DNA from: a virus
Virus record (IMG/VR): IMGVR_UViG_3300048839_000424
Coordinates: 1-64,000 of that record
DNA: 64,000 bases
Strand: one strand, 5' to 3'
The notes under the pieces are model-generated. The model had not been told where the DNA came from and searched no databases. It saw only the letters and a program-made list of their open reading frames with translations. Positions 20,122 to 30,759 of this stretch are shown here, piece by piece; the first letter of the stretch is position 1, and the number at the start of each line of letters is the position of its first letter. The translations under genes and the position numbers were made by a program.

Positions 20122-23100
20122 ATGCCTACCTTTACTGACCAAGATAAAGCCATCCTAGACATCTTACGTAAGGTATACGAGAAATCGGCCTATACGGAGG
20201 CGTCTCGGGATCCGTGGCAGGAGTTGTTCACCCGTGAGACCTCCCATTACGCAGCCAAGTCCGTATTGGCCGCCAGCATGGTCAAGGGTTTTACAGGGTC
20301 ATGGGCGGCTTCGTTTAACTTCGGTTATGGGGCATCGGACATTTTCCTCTTTGATTCCTTCACGGAAACGAATCAGGATCTCAATGGGGCGACGCCTACA
20401 CCCATTCGTGAAGTCACGTCCAAGTTGGGACAAAGAGGTGTTCCTGACATTGACTTCGTTCCCTACAACTGGAGAACCAATCGGTTTGGAAGCAAAGGCC
20501 CTTCACTTATCGGCCATCCGATTTCTTTCGAGGTAGTTGGCCCCACACTTAAATCTCCTGCATGTGATTGGGTCTGGGATTTCGTTCCCGGTGGTGGTCC
20601 AAACGGTGGAGACCTGTTAACGATGGCGGAACGGTATGACGGTGGTGTCCCTACTTGTACAACCATCGCAAGCGCCTACAACTTGCCTACCTTCACCATT
20701 GGGAACTCCAGCGAACCCAATGGAGGATTGTATGTGGTAATCTCAGATGTGGGTGCGGACCCAGGGTCGATGCCTCCCGGCAAAGGAGAGGAGATTCAAG
20801 ACCGATACATCGAGACACTTCCATATGAGCTTTTTCGAGTTGCTTCGGTGGGTGCCAACTTCATCGAGCTTCATCCTTCCAAGCCATTGGCTCCTTTTTT
20901 GACCTCCCCCTTTCCAACCCCTGCGATTCGAGCCATCACGCTCTTGCAGCCCTTCGTGACGAAGCTAGTGGCGGTACCGAACTCGGGAGCGGGGAAGGGT
21001 CGTGAGCAAACCTTCATCGTTGTGACCCCCGAGAGAGCGGCACAGAGCGATTTGTACCCTCCCTATGACGGTGGCAATCCTGGAGATGGGACTTGGCTTC
21101 AGGGCGGATTCACGGGTGCAACAGTCGTTGCGGGTAGCCCTTCGGCTTACGGCGGGAGAAACATTCTTCCAGTGCCCGTTCCTAGAGATGAGCGAAACGG
21201 TGAGCTAGACAGAGATTTGGTTCCAACCTATCTCCCAGTGGGTCGATTCCGAATGCAAAATACCGCTGCTTTCGCTTCGGACGTAGGGGATATTATCAAC
21301 GTCTACGACATCGCCAACGGAAACAGAGCACCGACGACTTTCTCATCGGACTCCGTTCTCGGGTGGTTTCAAATCGTAGACCAACCCAGCCCTGGGTATC
21401 TTGAACTCCAGCGAACGGTAGAGATCGATCCCACCTCTGGGAACACCTATTTCGGTCCCGGACCTTTGTTGACCGCAGCGGACAATGCACAGTCGTATCT
21501 CTCGTACACGGTGCATGACCCTGTGTCCGTGCTTTGGGAGGGGAACTTCAAAGCCGACTACGTAGATTCCTGTCGTTTGACGAATCTGATTGATCCTCGT
21601 TATGTAGAGCGGCTGGAGAAAACGATTTCACAGCCGTCAGCGGGTGGAGACCCACAGTATGCTCCTCCAGGAGCGAACGGAGGGCGAAGTGACCGTGCTA
21701 TTTTCAACACGGCGACCTTACCGAATCTCTCGGGTATCCGCTATGCGGACAACCCAGGAAGCCTTCTAGACCTTGGATTCCGAATGGTCCTTTTTCCCGC
21801 CAAGGATGGCGGAGGGTTCCCGATTCCTGACTTTGATCGCCCTATCTATAGCCGGGAAGCCATCATTGACGGTGGGTTAGATCCTAGCATCAAGCAGTAC
21901 ATCGACATTGACTACTCGGCGGGCATTGTGCGGTTGAGCGTTCCTCCTCCGACCTTGGGACGAGGTGGGTTACCCTCCGTAGCAACGGACATTATTCCGA
22001 ACGGTATCATTGGCCCCGCTCAAAATGAGCGAGGGGAAGTCATCTTGTATGCCGCTTGTGTTCCGTTCTCTATGGAACCCGGTCAGATCGGTACCGGAAC
22101 TCGTGTCACTGGGAAGAAAATCGGTTCAACGCACGACGTAGATGTTCTCTCGGATGAGATCGCAGCGTATGTAAATACAGTAGCAACACCGATTACCCCA
22201 GGACTTCCGGGGTTCACAAACATTGTTCTTGATCGCAAATGGGATGGCCCCAAGACGGGTGTGGTGGAAATCCGTGCTGGAAGTTCTGACACCGTTTCTT
22301 ATGGTATCTGGCAATACAATGACGTACAGGATACGACTATTGTGCCTTTTGGTGGTATTGAGTTCACATTTAGCACTTTAATTGGAGTTCAGGCAAGACC
22401 CTCGAACAGCCCTCCTTTGGTCCCATTGAGTCCGAACAGTTCGTACTATGTGGTTTTGCGTCGTCAAGCGGCGACGGGCCAACTGGCGTTAGATCCGGGC
22501 GAGCTTTACGAAATTGGTCAAATCGACACTTCGTATGGAGCTTCGGCTCGTCCCTCAGCGATGAGGTTCAACGGAGCGGACGTTGAATATTTGCTAGATG
22601 GTTCCGTGGAAATCACTCCTCAAGTGGACCCACAGAGATGGCAGGCATGGGGTACGGTTCACCCTTCGTTGCGCACTCGTGTGTACAACGATGGTGGGGT
22701 GCCTAACCATGTTTCTACGTTTGTACGACCGGACGGATTGTTCAGCGATGCTGCTTTCTTCAATGAACATGGTCAGGTTACAACTCCAGGCCCTCTGCTT
22801 ACGGTGCCTACGGATTATTTCCAACAGACGTTAGACACTTGCAGAAGTCAGTCAGACCCGGAGGGCCAGTATCTTCAGTTTACTCTTGCCAACCCTGGTG
22901 ACATCCGGGCGATGGCATTCTTTAAACCTCTGGTTCGTACAAGTCACAAGTTCCGTTTTGTGAGCAAGTTCTCCTTCATTGCGAATGACCCGCTGGGGGA
23001 CTTCGTGATGTACCAGGGATTCCTGAACCCAGGGGTATTTACGAACATTGCCAATGTGGCGTTAGCCAACCCTGGTCTTTTTGCAACGAACCCCTTCTTG

Positions 23101-23475
23101 GGACTTCGATTCCAGGGAGACCCCCAGGATTTGACCACCCCTTGGGAGATTATTATTTCCGATGGGGCGGGCTTTGTGTTGCAGGAACCCACGATTAGGT
23201 TGAATCCTCTCCTGTCGCATTATCTTGTCATTGAGACGGAGGCTGATGGGTTTGGTAGTCCCCTTCCAAATCGAATCAAGTTCGCCATTTTTGATGTTAA
23301 CTTGAGGCTCCAGTACAAGCGAGTATTTAAGCCCGGTGAGTTCACCCTGCCTTCCGATCAGATTATGTACCCCTTCTTCGGTATCCGAGGAATCGTGGTT
23401 CCGGCAAGAACGGAGTTTAATTCCTACTACATGACCTATGTGACACGCAAGGGTGAACCTGGACCCCGCTTCTAG
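20122..23475 (+). CDS. Large virion structural protein, unknown function
   Basis: 1117-aa ORF, same composition and operon; IDYSAGIVRL motif typical of tail/baseplate proteins. Confidence 0.55.
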   Translation: MPTFTDQDKAILDILRKVYEKSAYTEASRDPWQELFTRETSHYAAKSVLAASMVKGFTGSWAASFNFGYGASDIFLFDSFTETNQDLNGATPTPIREVTSKLGQRGVPDIDFVPYNWRTNRFGSKGPSLIGHPISFEVVGPTLKSPACDWVWDFVPGGGPNGGDLLTMAERYDGGVPTCTTIASAYNLPTFTIGNSSEPNGGLYVVISDVGADPGSMPPGKGEEIQDRYIETLPYELFRVASVGANFIELHPSKPLAPFLTSPFPTPAIRAITLLQPFVTKLVAVPNSGAGKGREQTFIVVTPERAAQSDLYPPYDGGNPGDGTWLQGGFTGATVVAGSPSAYGGRNILPVPVPRDERNGELDRDLVPTYLPVGRFRMQNTAAFASDVGDIINVYDIANGNRAPTTFSSDSVLGWFQIVDQPSPGYLELQRTVEIDPTSGNTYFGPGPLLTAADNAQSYLSYTVHDPVSVLWEGNFKADYVDSCRLTNLIDPRYVERLEKTISQPSAGGDPQYAPPGANGGRSDRAIFNTATLPNLSGIRYADNPGSLLDLGFRMVLFPAKDGGGFPIPDFDRPIYSREAIIDGGLDPSIKQYIDIDYSAGIVRLSVPPPTLGRGGLPSVATDIIPNGIIGPAQNERGEVILYAACVPFSMEPGQIGTGTRVTGKKIGSTHDVDVLSDEIAAYVNTVATPITPGLPGFTNIVLDRKWDGPKTGVVEIRAGSSDTVSYGIWQYNDVQDTTIVPFGGIEFTFSTLIGVQARPSNSPPLVPLSPNSSYYVVLRRQAATGQLALDPGELYEIGQIDTSYGASARPSAMRFNGADVEYLLDGSVEITPQVDPQRWQAWGTVHPSLRTRVYNDGGVPNHVSTFVRPDGLFSDAAFFNEHGQVTTPGPLLTVPTDYFQQTLDTCRSQSDPEGQYLQFTLANPGDIRAMAFFKPLVRTSHKFRFVSKFSFIANDPLGDFVMYQGFLNPGVFTNIANVALANPGLFATNPFLGLRFQGDPQDLTTPWEIIISDGAGFVLQEPTIRLNPLLSHYLVIETEADGFGSPLPNRIKFAIFDVNLRLQYKRVFKPGEFTLPSDQIMYPFFGIRGIVVPARTEFNSYYMTYVTRKGEPGPRF

Positions 23476-23508
23476 GTATTATGACTATATCTAGAGGCTG
23501 TTAGAACC

Positions 23509-24285
23509 GTGCGTATTTTGGCGGATATCTCATCGAATGCAATCCTTCAGGTGGAGAAAAACTCCCCGCTTGGGACGCCTATTTCTCACAATGGGAGGTA
23601 CAGCATTCCTGTGCCGGAGGGAGTGTCCGTTAAAGTTCGACCGGGAAGCATTGTGCTTCCAAGCTCGTCTCCCAATTCGGTTGTTCAACAGGGGTATGCG
23701 GGATTACTCGCTCAAATGCCCTACTTTGAACATGTTCTGTTCAATCCTCTGATTGAGGCCACGGACATGGATGACCTGGACTTCTCTGGGATACTCAATG
23801 AGGGTTCTCCAGCGGTTCCTTATGGCCCACGGTTTCAAGTCGGACGAGGTACGGGAGGCCCGTTGCCAGCGGGTCATGCCCCCAACTCGGTAGCCATTTT
23901 AGAGCAAAACAATACGGTCGCACCTCCGAAACCCGGAGTTCTAGTCACGGACACGATTGATTTGAGTGTGCTGACAGGAGGGGCTGGAGCGGCTGATTTT
24001 GCGGTCTATTGGTACGTGTACGAGTTCGACACGACAGTAGATGTCAGGTCCACGGTTGGTACTTTTGCGAACCAGAACAATCCTTCGATTCGTCAGTTGA
24101 TTGAAACAGACCAAGAGGCATCAGACTTCGAGGTGTTTATTTCGGTCAACGGCGGAGCCAACTTTTTCCCAGTGGAACGTCTCGTTCCCATTTCTTTCTG
24201 TTCCCCCACGAATGCGGTGAAACTAGCATTCAAAAACACGGGTAGTGTCAAGAAGTATCTTGCTACCTACGCAGTATTATTCTGA
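23509..24285 (+). CDS. Putative virion protein
   Basis: 258-aa ORF (GTG start) between structural genes; FISVNGGANF BNR-like turn. Confidence 0.5.
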   Translation: MRILADISSNAILQVEKNSPLGTPISHNGRYSIPVPEGVSVKVRPGSIVLPSSSPNSVVQQGYAGLLAQMPYFEHVLFNPLIEATDMDDLDFSGILNEGSPAVPYGPRFQVGRGTGGPLPAGHAPNSVAILEQNNTVAPPKPGVLVTDTIDLSVLTGGAGAADFAVYWYVYEFDTTVDVRSTVGTFANQNNPSIRQLIETDQEASDFEVFISVNGGANFFPVERLVPISFCSPTNAVKLAFKNTGSVKKYLATYAVLF

Positions 24286-24298
24286 GAGGATTTGAGCT

Positions 24299-27200
24299 AT
24301 GTCCGAAGATTTTGGCAATGGTGTAAGTCGTACCCTTTCTGCTCTCCAGCGACAGTTTCAGAACGTCGTCTTTCAGAAGGGCAAGCCCCCGCTGGATAGC
24401 GAGTTCAATCTTGTTTCCCAGGCATCAGGAGAAGCCCTCCGCCAGTTCGTGAGTAGTCAAGTCCACTCGGGGTTTTTCCTCGACCCAACCTTGGCGCTCG
24501 AAGATTTTGTTACGGACCCACTCAACTCGAATCAGTTCTTCCTCGGTACTCAAAAGAACGATGATGACGGGAACGTCGAGGAACTAGACCCCGTTGTTTT
24601 CGCCAACGTCAATGGTTGGATTATCCCTATCACCGGGACGATTATTAATCAACAGGGGGCAACGACCAATCAGGTTCGTTTAAACCCTCCTCCTGAGTCG
24701 GATAATCGTATTGACTTCGTGTTCCTTGAGGCTTGGCAGGTACTTGTTTCCGCCAACCCCAGCACGGACAACAAACCGTCCGCAAGTACGATTTGGAAGT
24801 ACGGTAACACCGAATACGGTGGTGTGAACATCACAGATGATCTCGTAGACCCAACTATTGGATTTCCTACCACTCGTCGAGTTCAGTTGCAGTATCGGAT
24901 TCGAGTCGTAGGTTCCGGTAACGGGGCTGGTTCGAGCCCGGATCTTTCGATCTACCCAGATGGTTTGGGAGACCCGAACATCACAGCACAGGGTCCAAAT
25001 GACAGCGCCTCGGCTTTCGTGTATGAGAACATGCGCAAGGCATTGGGAGATGCTTCTCTTTGGAGGGCCGGTGACGGTGACCCAGATAATGCGTTAGGAA
25101 CGGTAGATGGATATGTATACGCAATTCCGATCTGTGCAGTTTTCCGTCGCAACTCGCTTCCTTTCGTAGCGGCGACGCTATCAGGCAACCCCAACCAGAA
25201 TGGTGCATTTAATCGCAACCCTTCGGCTATCCTTTTGACCAATCCTCTTGAGGGAGCTAAGAAGCTGACTCAAATGAGTCTAATCAATGCTCTACCCGCG
25301 CAACAGTTTACGGTAGACACGGTAGTTCAGGTGGATTTCGGTCAGGGCTCTGGGTTTGACGACCCTTCGATGGACTTGAACAAGACTTTCATGGTGATTG
25401 ACAATGAGGTCATCGCGATCAAGTCCATCAATACGGCGGTGAACCCAAATCAGGTTGTAGTTCCAGCGGGAGGAAGAGGTCGATGGGGTTCGGACATCGT
25501 GACGCACGAGGGTCGAACAGATCCTACAGTTACGGGAACGGGGTCCAAGATCAACTTCTTCAACACGCGACCCGATGGTAAATTCGCAGACGAGATTGCT
25601 CAAGACGACATCTTGGATCTTCGACGTGGCATCAATATTGGGGATTGGGACTATGAGCGCCTACTGCTTCACAATATCGCCATGTTGATTCGAGGCCGTC
25701 TTCGTTCGACATGGAAGCAGGCGGGAGTTCCCGGTGGGGATACCGAGGGTGTGGATGTCATTGAAGTGGACTACCTTCTTCAAGACGGAGCAACGGCAGT
25801 GCCGAATGGGACCGAAGCGGTTGATGGTCCTGACGGTATTCGTCAAGTATGGTCTGATGCGGCAGCAATTCAAGGAGATGTCACGGTCCTCTGTGACAAC
25901 GACGGGACGATTTCTTCAGGATTCGTTCAGACCCTTGATGACCTAGTTGAGTGGGATGTCGGAGCGGATTTCAAACCATCCGGTTTCATCAACAACTTGG
26001 GGAGCAATGGATACACGAACGGAACCACGATTTTCCTTCATATCGGAGGTGATGACGGAAACCAAGGTGCAAGAAAGACCTTCCGAGCTAACGGCACGAG
26101 AGCAGTACGCTTTGTATCTCCCAAGGAGTATTTCAAGCGTATTCTGCCTGAGACAGACACAGGGTTACAGACTCCAGTGTCTTTGCTGTGGACCAGTACG
26201 GATCAGGCTAATGCTGGAGTTCAAGCTCCAGGGGCCGGATTGCAGGCATTGATTCCTGCCAGTGCGGGTGAGTCACAGACCGAGCACCCAGGTCCAATGT
26301 ACCCCTTAGCAGCCCAGAACTTCGAGTACCCATATCTCGTGACGGGTGGCGTCGTGAATAACGCTCTTGTGGTCACGGGCATCAGTGGAGCGACCCAGCT
26401 TATTGGTAACTCGTTGAATCCGACCATTCCTCTTGGTGAGGGTGAGATCGTTCTCCCAGGACTGAATTTCGATGCGGTTGGGGACTGGTATTCTCTCAAT
26501 GCACAAGGGTTGTTTGCGAACAATCCAGGTGTTCTCAATTTCCCTCTGTTGAGAGGTCAGAGGACTCTGTTCGACATGATTACCAATGGTGGTCGTGATC
26601 GTACTGGAAACTCCTCGGAGTTGTACCTGATTCTTTTCGGGGATGATGAGACCACTGCGAACAACGGAGTTTGGAAGGTCATTGGAGCGGGTACCGCAAC
26701 GGATGCTTCCGGGTCTGGTTTGACAACAAACCCAGCATCGGCGTCGGATCGAGTTCGGGTCAAGTTCATGACTGTAGATCCCTCTGCGGTTGCTGCTCCC
26801 TTCATCTATCAGGACTTCGACAACACGACAACCAAGACCTTGACAGCGCAGATTCGCTCTCAGATTACCAACGCTGAGGATGGTCCTGGTGCTGCGGTTG
26901 GTCCGGCTTCGTTGTGTGTAACACTGACCGATATCAGCGCAAAACTCGGAGGAGCATCTAACCCTTGGAGTGAGACGAACATTAACCCAAGTTCGCTTCC
27001 GGGATTCACCTTGGAGCAGCCCTTTAACGAGAAGCTGGTCATCAATCTGACTCTCCTGTATCATCCCGGTCGTGGGGCAACTCAGCGTGTGGCAACTCGT
27101 ATGGACCGTGTGGCGATGCAAAGTGCGCCAAGCAAGGTTCTTCGTCAGTCCAAGGCGGTGCTGGACCCTACTTTCCCAACGGCCACGGGGGCACCCTCGA

Positions 27201-29974
27201 ATCCAGCGGAAACACAGTTCGATCCAGTTCACGTTCAGACATGGAACCGTTTGCCGAGCTTAGGGTTGCCTGCACCCCAGGCTCCTAACTACGGAGGAAA
27301 TGTCGTTCTGTTCTCCGAGATTGATCGTGAGAATGAGGTGTTCTTCGACAATGGGTCCAAGACTCTGGTACTCCGCCCCGTACAGCGTCAGTCTATGACG
27401 ATTCAGGGGATTACGGTCACTCCCCCTACGGTTGGAGCAACCCTGCTTGGAATTCCAACGATTGACAATCCGAGCGCGGGGACTACATATCCCAACCCCG
27501 CATTGATTCCAAGCGGATGGGATGGCCCCAAGGACGATGCGCAGATTTTCACCACGGGACTTCGAGGTGGATATGCAGTACCACAACAGTATATGCCACG
27601 TTTTGGTCGTCAGGACATCCCTTACTACCAGGACAATGGCCCAGCTTTCGGTACGGGACAGTTCCTCGAAGGAATAAACCACCTGTTCCTGGACACCACG
27701 GATGTAACAAACCCCGTGTTCAATATCATCGGTGGTCAGGATAATCTCTCTGGAGGGAACCTAGTCACTCGATTCCTTCTTCAGACGGGGACCACGAGCG
27801 GGCTCGATTACGCTCAATATGGAACCATCACGGGGACTACAAGTCAAGCCTATCAAGCACGTTTGACTACGGAGATCGACAACTGTTGTTCCGGTGGTGA
27901 GGAAATCGCGGAGTATCTGGCCAATGTGACCTCCTCGGACTTCGGCACGGGACTTCGTGGTATCCAGCTTCCTCCTTATCTGGGAATTGTTCGTCTCTAT
28001 GGTGTGTATGACCGTAGAGATTTCGTAGCCAAGGGTGGGGTGACCTACCAGGCTAACCGAGTCACCCCCGAGGCGAACCGAGCAACAAACTTGCTTCGTC
28101 GTGATGCGACCAAGCAGACGTTGTTTATTTGCAAGGACGGTGCGATTGATCTTACGGGTGAAGCTGACGACCACACGTACATTATTCCAGAGAATGTACT
28201 GGACCTCACTAAGTCTCCTTTCTATGCTGGAGAGGACTTCTCGGAGATGGAGTATGTTGTTGAGTTCACCTGCTTTGGGTTCTCAAAGGGCTTCATCAAC
28301 AAGAACAACTTCGTCATGGCTCGCCGCCATAACGGACAAGGGGCTTTAATCACGGATGGGGACAACCCAGAGCTTGAGGGCGTGCTTATGTGCATCCCGA
28401 GCGCGGCTCCTGACTCTAGCCGAGTCTATGTGTCCTCTACACGTACTGTATACCAGGGAGACCCCTACTTCTCCAGAGCAGGAACGACAAGAACCCTCTC
28501 TGACTATGAGACTCGGTACGGACAGATTTCTCAAAGCGACGCTTTCGAGCTTAGCAAGAGAATTCAACAGTTCGACGCCAATGGAAATCAGATTCCAGAG
28601 ATTCCAAATGCTCGTAAGTTCCAAGTTCTTGCAGCATTGGATTTCTACACGACCTTGGGATCTGGGAATATCGGTGGTCGTTTGTACCCCGGTACTCCTT
28701 TGGATGTGGGGTTCACCCAGAACACTCCCGATGCGGCAACGAGAATCCCTGCCAGTGTGACCACACCGGCTTGGAGAGTGCTCACCCGTGCGTTTACAGA
28801 GGGACAGCAAAAGAACAGTAGCCGAGCTTCGGCTATCCTGGAGATCATTGGTACCAACGCGACCTTTGATTTCGTAACGCCTTCGACGTTCTCGGTGCAG
28901 ACTCTTTCGGGAGCCCTTGTACAATTCAGGGCGGTCAATGGGCCTACTTTGAACCCGGATGAGTTCGATGCGTCATCCCCGGACCCAACGGTTATCGCTC
29001 GTGAGCTTTTCGAGAAAATCAATGAGCGTGCTGACCTCAGTGACACGTTGATTGCGTTCAACGATATCGACAGCACTCAAATCGAGTTGGTGTCCCGAGT
29101 GGTTGGGGCTGAAGGGAACGAAATTATCGTTTCCATCAACGATGAGGAGAACTTCCTACTCAACGTTGCTCGAAGCGGAGATGAGGGGTTCAACTCTCTG
29201 ATCACTTCGACCAATTTACGAGGTGGGGAGGACATTGTAGCTAACGGAGGAAATGGTACGACTCAACTTGAACTCACGGGTATGACGGAGCGGTTGCCGC
29301 TCGGTATTCTCCTTCAGGACTCGGACTTCATCGGGGAGAACCCTCTAAATGACAACACTTCGGCGTTCCAGACGCTTCTTGGAGGAATCCGTCCAAGTCA
29401 GATCTTGCTACCTTTGACTCGTTCTGGTGGTGAGGAGTACACGAGATTTACGGGAGCCCCAGGTGAGCTTATCGCTCAAGGGGATGGTGCTATCTTGGCG
29501 TATGGTGCGTATAATGCAACGACGAATCCTACGGGTAGCAAACGGTTCCGTTTGTTCCGTGGCGGTGGTTCTTTGTTTGTGCTCAACGGTCGTAACCCCG
29601 GTGGTCCGATTGATTGGGTTTCGGACACCTTGGAGCCTGCATTGAAGCCTGTGCTTAAAGGTGGATTACTGGCGTGTAAGGCTCTGTTGGTACGCAACTA
29701 CGTGGAAAATGCGTTCTCTGACGATGCAGTTACCACAGACGGAGATGAGATTCAGTTGATTATTATCTCCCAGGGAATCCTTGGAGATGGTACGACTCAA
29801 ATCCGAGGATTGGATCTCAATGGTATCATTTCACCAACAGGATTTGGTGAAGGTATGGCCGCTTCGGATCGTTACCGCATCGCTGGTAAGCCCATGTATC
29901 AGGGTCGTGTACGCACGGCGCCAAATCCAGATGACATTCTGCTTGCAGTTTTCCCTGGACGTAACGCCTTCTGA
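24299..29974 (+). CDS. Giant baseplate/tail-associated protein (DUF4815/DUF6519-like N-terminus), paralogue 2
   Basis: 1891 aa, GAGG RBS; NVVFQKGKPPLDSEFN, RIDFVFLEAW, TTRRVQLQYRIR, YAIPICAVFRRN, RPDGKFAD..DILDLRR. Confidence 0.65.
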   Translation: MSEDFGNGVSRTLSALQRQFQNVVFQKGKPPLDSEFNLVSQASGEALRQFVSSQVHSGFFLDPTLALEDFVTDPLNSNQFFLGTQKNDDDGNVEELDPVVFANVNGWIIPITGTIINQQGATTNQVRLNPPPESDNRIDFVFLEAWQVLVSANPSTDNKPSASTIWKYGNTEYGGVNITDDLVDPTIGFPTTRRVQLQYRIRVVGSGNGAGSSPDLSIYPDGLGDPNITAQGPNDSASAFVYENMRKALGDASLWRAGDGDPDNALGTVDGYVYAIPICAVFRRNSLPFVAATLSGNPNQNGAFNRNPSAILLTNPLEGAKKLTQMSLINALPAQQFTVDTVVQVDFGQGSGFDDPSMDLNKTFMVIDNEVIAIKSINTAVNPNQVVVPAGGRGRWGSDIVTHEGRTDPTVTGTGSKINFFNTRPDGKFADEIAQDDILDLRRGINIGDWDYERLLLHNIAMLIRGRLRSTWKQAGVPGGDTEGVDVIEVDYLLQDGATAVPNGTEAVDGPDGIRQVWSDAAAIQGDVTVLCDNDGTISSGFVQTLDDLVEWDVGADFKPSGFINNLGSNGYTNGTTIFLHIGGDDGNQGARKTFRANGTRAVRFVSPKEYFKRILPETDTGLQTPVSLLWTSTDQANAGVQAPGAGLQALIPASAGESQTEHPGPMYPLAAQNFEYPYLVTGGVVNNALVVTGISGATQLIGNSLNPTIPLGEGEIVLPGLNFDAVGDWYSLNAQGLFANNPGVLNFPLLRGQRTLFDMITNGGRDRTGNSSELYLILFGDDETTANNGVWKVIGAGTATDASGSGLTTNPASASDRVRVKFMTVDPSAVAAPFIYQDFDNTTTKTLTAQIRSQITNAEDGPGAAVGPASLCVTLTDISAKLGGASNPWSETNINPSSLPGFTLEQPFNEKLVINLTLLYHPGRGATQRVATRMDRVAMQSAPSKVLRQSKAVLDPTFPTATGAPSNPAETQFDPVHVQTWNRLPSLGLPAPQAPNYGGNVVLFSEIDRENEVFFDNGSKTLVLRPVQRQSMTIQGITVTPPTVGATLLGIPTIDNPSAGTTYPNPALIPSGWDGPKDDAQIFTTGLRGGYAVPQQYMPRFGRQDIPYYQDNGPAFGTGQFLEGINHLFLDTTDVTNPVFNIIGGQDNLSGGNLVTRFLLQTGTTSGLDYAQYGTITGTTSQAYQARLTTEIDNCCSGGEEIAEYLANVTSSDFGTGLRGIQLPPYLGIVRLYGVYDRRDFVAKGGVTYQANRVTPEANRATNLLRRDATKQTLFICKDGAIDLTGEADDHTYIIPENVLDLTKSPFYAGEDFSEMEYVVEFTCFGFSKGFINKNNFVMARRHNGQGALITDGDNPELEGVLMCIPSAAPDSSRVYVSSTRTVYQGDPYFSRAGTTRTLSDYETRYGQISQSDAFELSKRIQQFDANGNQIPEIPNARKFQVLAALDFYTTLGSGNIGGRLYPGTPLDVGFTQNTPDAATRIPASVTTPAWRVLTRAFTEGQQKNSSRASAILEIIGTNATFDFVTPSTFSVQTLSGALVQFRAVNGPTLNPDEFDASSPDPTVIARELFEKINERADLSDTLIAFNDIDSTQIELVSRVVGAEGNEIIVSINDEENFLLNVARSGDEGFNSLITSTNLRGGEDIVANGGNGTTQLELTGMTERLPLGILLQDSDFIGENPLNDNTSAFQTLLGGIRPSQILLPLTRSGGEEYTRFTGAPGELIAQGDGAILAYGAYNATTNPTGSKRFRLFRGGGSLFVLNGRNPGGPIDWVSDTLEPALKPVLKGGLLACKALLVRNYVENAFSDDAVTTDGDEIQLIIISQGILGDGTTQIRGLDLNGIISPTGFGEGMAASDRYRIAGKPMYQGRVRTAPNPDDILLAVFPGRNAF

Positions 29975-30759
29975 TGCACCACATTAAACAATCAGACCTG
30001 ACCTTTGACCTACGCCGGGACCATGTTCGAGAATTCCGGCGTAGGATTAAAGATACTCTTCGGTACGGTGGTCATTCGGAAGAACACCGAAAGTTTCTTG
30101 AGTATCAGCTATTAAAAGTTGAGGGGAACGGGGTATACTTGGGCGAACCTCCTAGACCCCCCGGAGCGATTGATGGAAAAGTTCCTGTCAAGAGACCGGA
30201 GATTACGCTAGAAGGAGCGAGCTACGAATACTTAAATCAGTTCCGCATGACGGACCTCATTGAGCTTGGAAAGACGCTTGGGTTGAATTTCGAGCAAACG
30301 ACGAAAGCCGGGATCATTCAACGTCTATTAGAGACCGCAGATGACACAGAAAGACGAAAGATGACACAGAAAGACGAAATTCTAAAAGCCTTCTTGCAGA
30401 GGGAAAACGAACCTCAAGTTCGTGAAGTAAAAGGAGAGATTACACCTCTGACTTGTCGATGTGGTGGGTACCTACAAGAAGTACAGCATCTAGTGGAATT
30501 TCCAATCCCACAACCACCTCGTCATCGAAAGAAGCGGATCGCTAAAAAATGGAAGGTTCGACGGGAGAAAGAGTCAAGAGGAACAAGATTGATCAATGCT
30601 TTAAGTGGATTGATCAGTCGTCCACAATATAGTTGTTCGAAATGCGGGAAATCCGAAGGGTTTTATGCCGCGATAGGCCGGAACATGTTTCCGGTGCAAC
30701 TTTTACCAGACGGTGCAAACCCCGTCTATCTAGAAAGCAACGGAGAATCAGACACATGA
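29974..30759 (+). CDS. Hypothetical protein: Rho-N/HeH-like domain fused to a Zn-ribbon protein
   Basis: RMTDLIELGKTLGL..TKAGIIQRL (Rho-N-like) followed by CRCGG...CSKCG and a basic RHRKKRIAKKW segment; the junction coincides with a 20-bp tandem duplication. Confidence 0.5.
   Translation: MHHIKQSDLTFDLRRDHVREFRRRIKDTLRYGGHSEEHRKFLEYQLLKVEGNGVYLGEPPRPPGAIDGKVPVKRPEITLEGASYEYLNQFRMTDLIELGKTLGLNFEQTTKAGIIQRLLETADDTERRKMTQKDEILKAFLQRENEPQVREVKGEITPLTCRCGGYLQEVQHLVEFPIPQPPRHRKKRIAKKWKVRREKESRGTRLINALSGLISRPQYSCSKCGKSEGFYAAIGRNMFPVQLLPDGANPVYLESNGESDT
30339..30378. repeat. Perfect 20-bp tandem duplication AGATGACACAGAAAGACGAA x2
   Basis: Read directly at 30339-30358 and 30359-30378. Confidence 0.95.

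Noticed and set aside
3-29974. Bacterial extracellular contractile injection system or tailocin locus
   Set aside because: It is contiguous with a phage-type replication module (intein-bearing PolA and SNF2, DnaB, MTases) and has no host housekeeping context.
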